From positions 1,952,001-2,016,000 of the forward strand of contig CAWELD010000003.1 of the NCBI GenBank assembly GCA_963809895.1: a stretch of DNA of 64,000 nt, given 5' to 3'. This document shows, in pieces, positions 30,355 to 39,862 of this stretch. The notes beneath the pieces were generated by a model, which did no database searches, was not told the origin of the DNA, and was given only the letters and a program-made list of their open reading frames with translations. The DNA comes from an uncultured Gemmatimonadales bacterium. GTDB lineage: Bacteria; Gemmatimonadota; Gemmatimonadetes; Longimicrobiales; Gaopeijiaceae. The translations under genes were made by a program, and so were the position numbers. Each line of letters begins with the position of its first letter. The stretch's first letter is position 1.

Positions 30355-30993
30355 ATGCAACCGAACCTCCTTCTCGCAACCCTCGTCGTGCTCGGTCTCC
30401 CGAGCTGCGGGCAGCCGCCCGGTGAGACGGGCGAATCGGAAGCCGCCCCCGCCGTGGAGTCCGCTCCGCGAACGGCCGAGACTACGGACGTGAGCCCACG
30501 GTCGTCAGACACATCGACCCCCGACGCCGCGCAGGACGCGGGCACCATCCAGGGCACCCTCGACGGCGAAGCCCGTACCTGGATCTCGCTCTACCGCGAG
30601 CGGGATGGTGACGCGGATGCCACCAGCACGTACCAGACACGGACCATCGGTCGCATGGAGTCGCGGTCGCTCTCCCTCGGGGGGCACGTGGGGCCGACCA
30701 TGTCTCCGGACGGCTCCATCCGCATCTCGGTGACGGCTACGACGCCGCTCGAGGACTGCCCCTGCACCTTCGAGACCGGCACGGTCGAGTACGTCGTCGA
30801 CTTTCCGGACGACCGCTGGGAAGCGAATCAGGCGACCGTCACCGTCGATGCGTTCTCCGAGAACGGTGACGGCACTCTAGCGGCCGCCGGCAGGTTCCAG
30901 GGCACGCTCCGTCGTCCCGACGGCGCCTCCGACGACGCCATGGCCGTCGAGGGGGAATTCGACATACGGCAGATTCTGCGGGTGGGCAACTAG
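30355..30993 (+). CDS. Hypothetical lipoprotein
   Basis: GGAG RBS, lipobox LGLPSC, beta-rich C-terminus (GRFQGTL..VEGEFD). Confidence 0.78.
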   Translation: MQPNLLLATLVVLGLPSCGQPPGETGESEAAPAVESAPRTAETTDVSPRSSDTSTPDAAQDAGTIQGTLDGEARTWISLYRERDGDADATSTYQTRTIGRMESRSLSLGGHVGPTMSPDGSIRISVTATTPLEDCPCTFETGTVEYVVDFPDDRWEANQATVTVDAFSENGDGTLAAAGRFQGTLRRPDGASDDAMAVEGEFDIRQILRVGN

Positions 30994-31040
30994 CCACCGG
31001 TGACCGAGCGTGGCTACCCGGATCACCCGACCGCCGGGCT

Positions 31041-31346
31041 CGGCGTCCTCCTTCGACATCCACCCCGACGGACGGCACTTCGTCTTCGTGAAGGCGGGTG
31101 ACGTGGCAGGCGCTAACCAGGCGGCCCAGGTGGTCGTCACCAACGCGCTGAATCCGGGGCTCACGCGCCAGCGCTGAGCGGCGGAGAGCCGGCCGCGGGC
31201 CCGCCCGGGGCTTCTGGTCCTGAACCACACGCTGCTCTGGGGCGCGAAAACGAGATTGTCGTCAATCGAGCAATCGCGGCGTCTCGCGAGGCGGATGCAG
31301 AGTTCGCGGCGATATCTGCCGTCGAAGCAGCATGCCGTCCCCCGGG
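31041..31346 (+). repeat. Second copy of block 21090-21393 (propeller 3' fragment + MBL remnant 31196-31246 + element start)
   Basis: Direct sequence match with few substitutions and small indels. Confidence 0.9.
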
Positions 31347-31431
31347 CAGCGGCGCCCGCGGCTCCGACGGCGATTATTCCAGTCGATCCCGCATCGGCTC
31401 CCGGATCGACGCCGGATGCTGGGTTGACGGC
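31258..31431. repeat. 174-bp element, diverged subfamily
   Basis: GTCGTCAATC ... GGTTGACGGC, 174 bp; aligns position by position with copy 1 (e.g. TGCAGnGTTCGCGGC at the same offset). Confidence 0.88.
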
Positions 31432-31475
31432 AGGCCTCCCCCGCGCGTTGCCCCCCTCCGCGCCGCCGGGTGCCC

Positions 31476-33560
31476 TCAGCGTCCATCCAGCGAGAAGGTG
31501 ACGATGGAGTTGCCGGCCGCGATGGTGACGAGTTGCCGGTCGTCGAGCATGTACGTGATGGGCGCCGCGCGGATGAAGCCCCCCAGATTGCGGCCCCACA
31601 ACACCGTTCCCGACGCGGCATCCAGGGCGTAGAACCGGTTGTCGCCTCCCCCGAAGACCAGGCCTCCCGCGGTGGACAGCACCCCGTTGAAGCGATAGCG
31701 GCCGCCGCCCGGCCGGGCCGGGGCCGTGAACTCCCAGCGGCGCTCCCCGGTGAGGGCATCGAGGGCCCGCACTCCGGTCGTGGACGGGAGGTCGGTCGGG
31801 TCGTGGCCGTTGGAACCGACGAAGAGCTCGCCGGCCCGTGGGGCCTCCGCGTCGCGCTTGACGAACACCCCTCCGCGTTCGAGGAACGGCACGAAGAACA
31901 GGCCGCGCACGGGATCGAGGGCCGGGGACATCCAGTTGGTGGCGCCACCGTCGCCGGGGTAGACCAGGGTACCCCGCGGACTCGGACGGCTCTCCGGCCG
32001 CGCCCGGGGTCGTCCATCGGCATCGAGACCGTCGGCCCAGGTCTGCCGGGCGAAGGCGCGGCCCCTGAGAAACGCGCCGGTCCGACGATCCAGCACGTAG
32101 TAGAACCCGTTCCGGTTCGCCTGGAGGACTACGGGCCGGGTCTCGCCGTCGATCACGAGATCCGCCAGCACCGGAACCTCCACGGCGTCCCGATCGTGCT
32201 CGTCGTGGGGCGTCGCCTGGAAGTACCACCGCAGACGCCCGGTCTCGACATCGAGGGCGACGATGGAGTTGGAGTAGAGGTTGTCGCCGGGTCGCTCGTC
32301 GCCCCGGTAGTCCGGCGCCGGGTTCCCCGTCCCCCAGATCAGGAGTCCCGCATCCGGGTCGTAGCTGCCGGTGACCCACGTGGGGACGCCTCCTGTCTGC
32401 CAGGACTGTCCACTCCACGTCTCGTTCCCAGGCTCGCCAGGCCCCGGCACGGTCTGGAAGCGCCAGAGCCGATCCCCCGTGTCGGCGTCGTAGGCGTCCA
32501 GGAATCCCCGGATCCCGAACTCACCGCCCGCCACCCCGACGATGATGCGCCCGTCCACGGCCAGCGGTGCCCCGGTGATGGAATAGCCCTGGCGGTGGTC
32601 CGCGACCTCGACGGTCCACAGGACGGCGCCCGTGCGAGCGTCCAGGGCGACGAGGTGGGCGTCCAGGGTCCCGAGAAAGAGCGTGCTTCCCAGCACGGCC
32701 AGTCCCCTGTTCTGGCCGCCGCAGCAGAGCCGCAGATCCGGGGGCAGGCCGTAGGCGTAGGACCAGCGCCGCTCTCCCGTCCGGGCATCCAGCGCGAACA
32801 CCCTCTGGGGTGGCGCCGTGACGAACATGGTCCCGTCCACCACCAGGGGCGTGGCCTCGATGTTTCCGTCGCGGACCGGGAGCTGCGCCAGCCACCGGAT
32901 CTGGAGCCGCTCGATCGTCGCCGAGTTCACCTGCGACAGAGGGCTGTGGCGTCGGGCGTCGTACGAGCCGGAGTACGTCAGCCAGGTGGTGGAATCCTCC
33001 GCCGCATCCCGGAGCCGGCCGAAGGTCACCGGATCCACATCCACCTCCGCCGCGCGGTCCGTCCCCCTGGAGATGCCGGCCCGGAGAGCCCGCACATAGG
33101 CCGCCAACTGCCAGACCTCTCTCGGTGAGGAGCCGGTGCCCCGCATGGCGGTCCCGGGGATCCCGTGGCGGATGGTGCGGAAGAGCGCCCAGTCGCTGGC
33201 GCCGTGCTGGAGCTCCGCGGTGGTGAGGTCGGGGCCCGTCTCGTCGCCTCCGGCCGCCTCGCCGTGACACTGGCGGCAGCGCTGCTCGAAGAGGGCCCGC
33301 CCCGCGGCGCGATCCGAAGGAGCGGTGAAGGGATTGACGATGGAGGCGTACGGACTCCGACTCTCCACGATCGGCACCAGCCAGTACCCGCTGTTGGGCG
33401 GCAGCATCATGGCCACCTCGTCCCAACTGAGGCCCGGAATGCGCCCCGTGGCCTTCAGCGCGACGAACTGGACGCGCCGCCGAGCGCCGGGCACCGCGAG
33501 GCTCGCCACCACGGTGACGGCGATCAGGGCGAGGAGGATGCGCGCGACGGTGCGTTTCAT
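31476..33560 (-). CDS. PQQ-dependent alcohol dehydrogenase-family protein with N-terminal cytochrome c domain
   Basis: Signal/anchor, CRQCH heme motif, vicinal CC (LCCGGQNRG), GGEFG, WGTGNPAP, TPHDEHDRD, GATNW. Confidence 0.92.
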   Translation of the reverse strand: MKRTVARILLALIAVTVVASLAVPGARRRVQFVALKATGRIPGLSWDEVAMMLPPNSGYWLVPIVESRSPYASIVNPFTAPSDRAAGRALFEQRCRQCHGEAAGGDETGPDLTTAELQHGASDWALFRTIRHGIPGTAMRGTGSSPREVWQLAAYVRALRAGISRGTDRAAEVDVDPVTFGRLRDAAEDSTTWLTYSGSYDARRHSPLSQVNSATIERLQIRWLAQLPVRDGNIEATPLVVDGTMFVTAPPQRVFALDARTGERRWSYAYGLPPDLRLCCGGQNRGLAVLGSTLFLGTLDAHLVALDARTGAVLWTVEVADHRQGYSITGAPLAVDGRIIVGVAGGEFGIRGFLDAYDADTGDRLWRFQTVPGPGEPGNETWSGQSWQTGGVPTWVTGSYDPDAGLLIWGTGNPAPDYRGDERPGDNLYSNSIVALDVETGRLRWYFQATPHDEHDRDAVEVPVLADLVIDGETRPVVLQANRNGFYYVLDRRTGAFLRGRAFARQTWADGLDADGRPRARPESRPSPRGTLVYPGDGGATNWMSPALDPVRGLFFVPFLERGGVFVKRDAEAPRAGELFVGSNGHDPTDLPSTTGVRALDALTGERRWEFTAPARPGGGRYRFNGVLSTAGGLVFGGGDNRFYALDAASGTVLWGRNLGGFIRAAPITYMLDDRQLVTIAAGNSIVTFSLDGR

Positions 33561-33738
33561 CGAACCGGTCGTAGGAACGTCATGGAGAGCGCCTGAATGC
33601 ACGGTACGCGCCGCCTCCATGGAGCGACATGGTTCTTCCAACGGCGCCCACGGCGAGTTGGCCATGTCTTGCCGGTTGCCGGGTCGCCCGGCATCTTCGC
33701 CGTCCCGACCCTCCGGACCTCCTGACGGAGCGCCGTTC

Positions 33739-36700
33739 ATGCCGTCCAGCACCCCGCGGGCCACCACCGCCGCCGCCGCCCTTACCGCCATCCTCGCCCT
33801 CGCCTCCGGCTCGGCGCCATGCGCGCTCGCAGCCCAGGCCGCCGGCGCCTCCACCGCCCCCACCTCCCCGAGCTGGCGGCTCTGTCGCCGCGCAACATCG
33901 GCCCGGCCACCATGAGCGGGCGCATCGTGGACCTGGCGGTGGTGGAGTCCAACACGGCGGTCATCTACGCGGCCTCCGCCACCGGCGGCGTGTGGAAGAG
34001 CGTGGACGGCGGCGTGACCTGGACGCCGGTCTTCCAGGACCAGGGCACCCACTCGGTGGGCGACGTGGCGGTGTCGCAGCGGGACACGTCGGTGGTGTGG
34101 GTGGGCACCGGCGAGCGGGCGAGCCGCCAGAGCTCGTCGTGGGGTGACGGGGTCTACAAGTCGGAGGACGGCGGCCGCACCTGGCGCAGCATGGGGCTGC
34201 GGGATTCCAAGCACATCGGACGGATCATCATGGATCCGAACGATCCGGAGGTCGTGTTCGTGGCGGCCATGGGCCACCTGTGGGGGCCCAACGAGGAACG
34301 GGGCCTCTACCGCTCACGCGACGGGGGCACGACCTGGGAGCGGGTGCTGTACGTAGACGAGAACACCGGCGTGGTCGACGTGGCCATGGATCCCGGGAAT
34401 CCCTCGATCCTCTACGCGGCCTCGTACCAGCGCCGCCGCCGCCCCTACGGCTTCAACGGGGGCGGACCGGGCAGCGCGTTGTGGAAGAGCACCGACGGCG
34501 GCGACACCTGGACCAGGCTCACCAACGCCGGGCTGGACAACGGGCTCCCCACAGGCGACATCGGCCGCATCGGCATCTCCGTGTACCGCTCGAACCCGCG
34601 CATCGTCTACGTGAGCGTGGAGCAGGGGGAGCGCTTCAACGCCTCCACCGCCTACGAGCAGCGTGAGGCCGGGATCTACCGCTCCGAAGACCAGGGCGAG
34701 AGCTGGACTTTCATGTCCGACTGGAATCCCCGGCCCATGTACGCGTCGCAGATCCTGGTGGACCCCAACGACGATCAGCGCGTCTACATGGTGAACAGCT
34801 ACTCGTGGTCCGACGACGGGGGGCGCACCTTCACGCAGCCGCGGCAGTCGCTCCATGGCGACGACCGCCTGGTGTGGGTGGATCCCGCCGACTCGAAGCA
34901 CGTCATGAAAGCCGATGACGGGGGATTGGGGATCTCGTGGGATCGGGGCGTCACCTGGCTCTACGTCACCGACCTGCCGGTGAGCCAGTTCTACCGCATC
35001 GGCCTGGACAACGCCGAGCCCTTCAACATCTGCGGCGGGCTCCAGGACAACGGCAGCTGGTGCGGGCCCAGCGCCACCTACCGGGCCGAGGGCGTGCTCA
35101 ACCAGGACTGGGTGAAGTGGGGCGGAGGCGACGGCTTCAACAACCAGATCGACACCACCGACAACCGCACGCTGTACTCCTCGTCGCAGTACCTGGGGCT
35201 GCAGCGGGTGAACCTGGCCACCGGCGAGAGCCGGGACATCCGGCCCGGACCAGCCCGAGGGCTTCATCGGGGCGCGGCGCAACTGGACCACCTGGCCCGA
35301 CCTGTCCAATCCGGAGCAGCGGCTCGGGAACGCCATGACGCCCGGCAACTGGGACGCGCCCTTCATCATCTCTCCCCACGATCCCAACACGCTGTACGCG
35401 GGGCTGGATCAGCTCTTCGTGAGCCACGACCGGGGCGCGAGCTGGACCGGGCTCGGGGATCTCACCACGGGCGTGGACCGCCGGCGCCTGGCCATCATGG
35501 GCGAGATGCCGGATTCGTTCACCCTGTCGCTGGACGACGGGATTCCCTACTACCCGACGCTCACCGCCATCGCCGAGTCGCCCATGCGCGCCGGCGTGCT
35601 GTTCGTGGGAACCGACGACGGCAACATCCAGGTCTCCACCGACGACGGGCGCACTTTCAGCGAGGTCAGCGGCCGCGTGCCGGGGCTGCCCGACGATGCC
35701 TGGATCAACGGCCTGGAAGCCTCGCGGGTCGAGGAAGGCCGCATCTACATGACGGCCACCAACTACCGCAACGACGACTACGCGAACTACCTGTACGTGT
35801 CCGAGGATTACGGACGGACGTGGCAGAGCATCGCCGGCGACCTGCCGCCGGAGCGGGTGACGCGCACGGTGCGGGAAGATCCCCGGAATCCCGACGTCCT
35901 CTGGCTCGGGACCGAGTTCGGCGCCTTCGTGTCGCTGGACCGGGGCGGGCACTGGACCGAGCTCACCGGCGACATGCCCACGCTGGCCGTCAACGACCTG
36001 CGCGTGCATCCCCGGGACAACGACCTGGTGCTGGCCACCCACGGCCGCGGGCATCTGGATCCTGGACAACGTCAACGCGCTCCAGGAGGCCACGCCGCCG
36101 GTGCTGGCGGAGCCCGTGCACCTGTTCTCCATGGAGCCCGCCCGGGAGATCCGCTACGACTCGCGGCGGGGCCACACCGGGGACATGATCTTCCACGGGG
36201 AGAATCCCCCGTCCGGCGCCATCATCGACTACTGGCTGGGAAGCGCGGCCGACACGGTGCGCGTCACGGTCCGGGACCGGGCCGGTGAGCAGGTGGCGTG
36301 GCTGAATGGGACGAATCGGGCCGGGATGAACCGCGTAGTCTGGAACCTGCGCCACTCGGAGCCGGACCAGGACCGCCGAGGACCTTCGGGCCCGCTGGTG
36401 ATCCCCGGGGATTACACGGTGCAGGTGACGGCGGGCGGCGCCTCGTCGGCGACCATGTCTCTCGACGTGCAGGAGGATCCGCGCATCGACGTGGATCCGG
36501 CCACGCGCGCCGAGTGGACCACCACCCTGTTGGAGCTGTCCACCCTGGCCCGGGACGCAGCCGCCCTGGCGCAGCGCACCTCGGACATGGTGGAGGCGCT
36601 GGACGAGGATCCCTCGGGCGTCGACGCCGCCGTGCTGGCCAAGGCCCGCGACCTGCGGCGGGAGACCTCGGAGCTGCGCTCCCGCACGGGCCGCCTGCGC

Positions 36701-36826
36701 TTCAGCGTGGAGGGATGGGTCGCGCTACCCTCGGCGGATCAGTCCAGCCAGCACCGGTTCCTGTCGGAGATGCTGGCGACGCTGAGCGGCGAGGTGGACG
36801 ACCTGGAGGGGCGGATCGGGGGCTGA
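33739..36826 (+). CDS. Secreted VPS10/BNR-repeat glycosyl hydrolase-like protein (frameshifts near 33865, 35255, 36050)
   Basis: RNIGPATMSGRI, repeated SxDGGxTW, GGLQDNGSW, GGDGF, LVLATHGRG over three ORFs. Confidence 0.85.
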
Positions 36827-36845
36827 GACACCGCCGACACGCACC

Positions 36846-38027
36846 TCAAGCGGGTGGTGGGACGACTCGCGAGGCGGGTCTGTGGAGCGTTGCACGTACG
36901 ACGAACGGCACATCGTTTTCGCCAAGGGTCACGGCAGCCACCGTGTCACCGCGAAAGGCCATCCCTTCGGTTGGGTTCGGAGCGAACTCGCTCTGAAAGG
37001 AGCCCAGGTACCGTCCTTTCGGGTCGAAGACGTCCATCATACGGCTATCTGACCCGACCTGCTCGACAACCTGGACCAACAGGTAGCCGTCTGGCAGCAC
37101 ATAGATGGCTTGTACGAGCGGCTTCACGATGGCTACCCCGGATGGGTCGACCCCGGATCTCTCGAGGTCGGTCTCGATCATCCGCGTCTCAGCGGCGGAG
37201 AGCGTCGCCCGGGTTGGCGACCTCTCGACTACACGTATGGTGTCGCCCAGGGCGTCGGTATGGACCAGGCGCATTTCGTCGGAGTGAGCCGCCCATATGG
37301 TTCCGTCCCGTGCCACTCTCCACACGAGCCTGGGGAAATACTCCCTCGCTATCGGGACGGACCTGCCGATCAACGAGTGGTCGGTAATCCACGGCCTGCG
37401 GATGCTCTGGAGTGTATCAGCCACACGCCCGACCGTATCGACGCTCACAAACGTCACGTTCCTCCCCGCCGCGGTCTCCTCCATGAACTCCGTGGAGTTC
37501 AGGGGGACCATCTCGAAGACCTGACGGGCCGTAACGTGAAGAGGACGAGAGACCGTCTTCACAAGCCTCCCGGCGGTGTCGAATACCGTGTAGCGACCAT
37601 TGAATGAGTTGGGGATCCACAAGCGGTCCTGCTCGTCCCACGAGAGCGCCCCCGGCGCGGCCAACTCTCCGGGCCCCTTCCCCCTTCCGCCGAAGCGGCG
37701 AACGAATCGCCCGGCATGGTCAAACTGCATCACCTCCGCTGCCTGAACATCCAGCACATAGAGATGACCCTGCGGCCCCCAGCTGAGGGCAAGACGCCGA
37801 TCCCCAAAGACGACTTGCGATATGTCTTTGCCGCTCCCCAAGCGGAAGTCCTCGACGAGAGCCCAGCGATCGGCTTCGCTCCACAGACCGCGACCATCGT
37901 TCCGTACGATCACGGTGGTGCCGATGGTGTCGTACGCTACTCGATCGGGGTGGCGCGGCGATGCGTCGCAGGATGGAAGAGTCCAACCCAAGGCTGCGAT
38001 GGCAAGGATACGGTAGGCCTGTTTCAC
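36846..38027 (-). CDS. 6-bladed (NHL-like) beta-propeller lipoprotein
   Basis: Lipobox TLPSC; FGGRGKGPGEL, DVFDPKGRYLG; more AT-rich codons than backbone. Confidence 0.82.
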   Translation of the reverse strand: MKQAYRILAIAALGWTLPSCDASPRHPDRVAYDTIGTTVIVRNDGRGLWSEADRWALVEDFRLGSGKDISQVVFGDRRLALSWGPQGHLYVLDVQAAEVMQFDHAGRFVRRFGGRGKGPGELAAPGALSWDEQDRLWIPNSFNGRYTVFDTAGRLVKTVSRPLHVTARQVFEMVPLNSTEFMEETAAGRNVTFVSVDTVGRVADTLQSIRRPWITDHSLIGRSVPIAREYFPRLVWRVARDGTIWAAHSDEMRLVHTDALGDTIRVVERSPTRATLSAAETRMIETDLERSGVDPSGVAIVKPLVQAIYVLPDGYLLVQVVEQVGSDSRMMDVFDPKGRYLGSFQSEFAPNPTEGMAFRGDTVAAVTLGENDVPFVVRATLHRPASRVVPPPA

Positions 38028-38076
38028 GGAAGAGGCCCTCCAAAGCTGTCGAGGTTCCCAAGCTGGTTCGGAGGAT

Positions 38077-38607
38077 AGTTAGCGACCGACGGGAGGGCCA
38101 ACTAACGGAGAAGGCATCTCTGAAAGCGTCTGTGGGGCTGCGCCCCCTTCCTCGCAAACCGCCTCCAGAACGGCGGCGCCATCGCTCGGAAATGCCACGA
38201 GGGCGCAGGCGTGAGTTCAGCCATGCACGGAGGTCAGCTCGCCGCACGCCACGCCGCTCGACGGCGCTCCTTAGCACCGTGGCGCTGACCTCTTCCTCGA
38301 ACCAGATTCGCACGCCTTCCTCGGCCAGAAGGGTGATCAAGGGCATGGTAGTGGATGCATACCCCCGCGCCCGATCCGCGATGAGGAGGCATGGATCTTC
38401 CCTACGTAGGCTCCGGACCAGCGCCACAACGCGCGGTCGGGCCTGAGACGACGGGTTCACGGGCAGGATGGCTACCGAGCCCGGCTCGAGTCCCGCCGGC
38501 ACGCGCCCGACCAGCCGAGGAGTATCGTAGGGAGGTGCGACAATGGTAATTCTGGGTGAGGCTGCAGCACCACGCCCATCCCCAGGCATCGGCGCGAAAG
38601 CCATCAT
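38077..38607 (-). pseudogene. Possible degenerate gene fragment (regulator-like)
   Basis: Open frame with protein-like N-terminus that runs out of frame into the propeller gene; no motif securely recognised. Confidence 0.25.
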
Positions 38608-38840
38608 GGTCTCGCGCCTCCACCACTGGGGCTACCCCCCCCGACAGCCTTCGAACGTGCCCAGTGCACACCTCCCCCTCTCCCAGTACGGGCAGTCAGC
38701 GGGGGGCTAGGGTTGCACGATACCATTCATGCGTGTAAGCCGTCAAGTCACGAGTCGCGCGACCGATTCTACGAGAGCGCCCCCGGCGCAGCCAACTAAG
38801 GGCAGGCCGCCGATCCCCAAACACGACTCGCGATGCGTCG

Positions 38841-39245
38841 CTACTTACCCGACGTCTCCCCCCGCACGACCGCACGGATCCGGATCGCGAGCTCGATGGC
38901 GTGCGCGGCCTCTTCGCGCGTGACCGGCTCGTAGTCGCCAGGGGCGCGGGTCACGGTCGCGTAGTCCGTGAGAATCCGGCTCTCCTCGACCGCGATCTCG
39001 AGTCGGCCCCACAGACGAGCGCGCGTGAGGAGCGCTTCGATATCGTGGATGCGGGGCACGTCATCGCCCCGAAAGCACAGCAGGGCCTTCAGGTATTTCT
39101 CCGCACACTGCTGCGCATGGAAGGCAGCGGCATCCAGCGGGCCGGTCGCCCCCGCCTCCAGCAGCAGTTGGGCCGCCTCGAGATCGCCCTCCGCCTTGGT
39201 GATCCATCCCCGCACCACCTCGAGGCGCACGTCGTCAGGTGCCAT
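38841..39245 (-). CDS. HEPN domain protein (toxin of MNT/HEPN pair)
   Basis: WITKAEGDL, AFHAQQCAEKYLKALL, PRIHDI. Confidence 0.92.
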   Translation of the reverse strand: MAPDDVRLEVVRGWITKAEGDLEAAQLLLEAGATGPLDAAAFHAQQCAEKYLKALLCFRGDDVPRIHDIEALLTRARLWGRLEIAVEESRILTDYATVTRAPGDYEPVTREEAAHAIELAIRIRAVVRGETSGK

Positions 39246-39786
39246 GCAGCACCGTACCCTCCGCCGTGGCCGCCTGCTCGATCGTGCCCGGGATGTGCCG
39301 CCGCCGACTGAACGCTTCGGGGGTGGTAACGATGATGTCCTTGGCGACTTCGAACTCGTGCACGGCCGCACCGATGCGGGCACCGGTCCGACGCCGGGAA
39401 TCCTGAACGTCTATCACGACCAGCAAATCGACGTCGCTATCGGGACCCGCGGTGCCACGCCCGTGCGAACCGAAGAGAATCACCCGCTGGGGGGCGAACT
39501 GCTCCACGATGACCCGCACCATCTGACGGATCGTGTCCTCGACACGCACCGGGGCACCCGCCACGGTTTCCGGGGCCAGGGAGGAGGGGAGAAGATCGGC
39601 CACCGGAATCGCAAGCACGCGCGCGAGATCGACGATCTCTTCGCTCGTCACCGACCGCCGACCGGCCTCGATCTCGGAGATCGCCGGCCGATGCAGGCCC
39701 AGAGCGCGAGCGAGGTCGGCCTGCGTGAAGCCCCGCTCCACCCGGGCGGCGCGTATGGCGCGGGCGATCTCCTGCTTGGTATCCAT
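39235..39786 (-). CDS. XRE helix-turn-helix fused to minimal nucleotidyltransferase (MNT antitoxin)
   Basis: TQADLARALGLHRPAISEIEAGRR; ILFGSHGRG..DSDVDLLVV. Confidence 0.92.
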   Translation of the reverse strand: MDTKQEIARAIRAARVERGFTQADLARALGLHRPAISEIEAGRRSVTSEEIVDLARVLAIPVADLLPSSLAPETVAGAPVRVEDTIRQMVRVIVEQFAPQRVILFGSHGRGTAGPDSDVDLLVVIDVQDSRRRTGARIGAAVHEFEVAKDIIVTTPEAFSRRRHIPGTIEQAATAEGTVLHGT

Positions 39787-39794
39787 GGGCACAA

Positions 39795-39811
39795 CGTAAG
39801 AAATTCTTACG
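39795..39811. promoter_or_regulatory. Operator-like palindrome upstream of XRE-MNT
   Basis: CGTAAGAA-A-TTCTTACG, perfect 8-bp arms, 8 bp before the ATG. Confidence 0.75.
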
Positions 39812-39862
39812 CAGCCGAGCACGGCTGGCCTCGAGCCCTTCCGGGCCTCTACCGTCCCTTGC

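Noticed and set aside
17559..33560. Classical integron
   Set aside because: No intI, no attC R''/R' boxes recognised, and cargo lies in both orientations in multi-gene blocks
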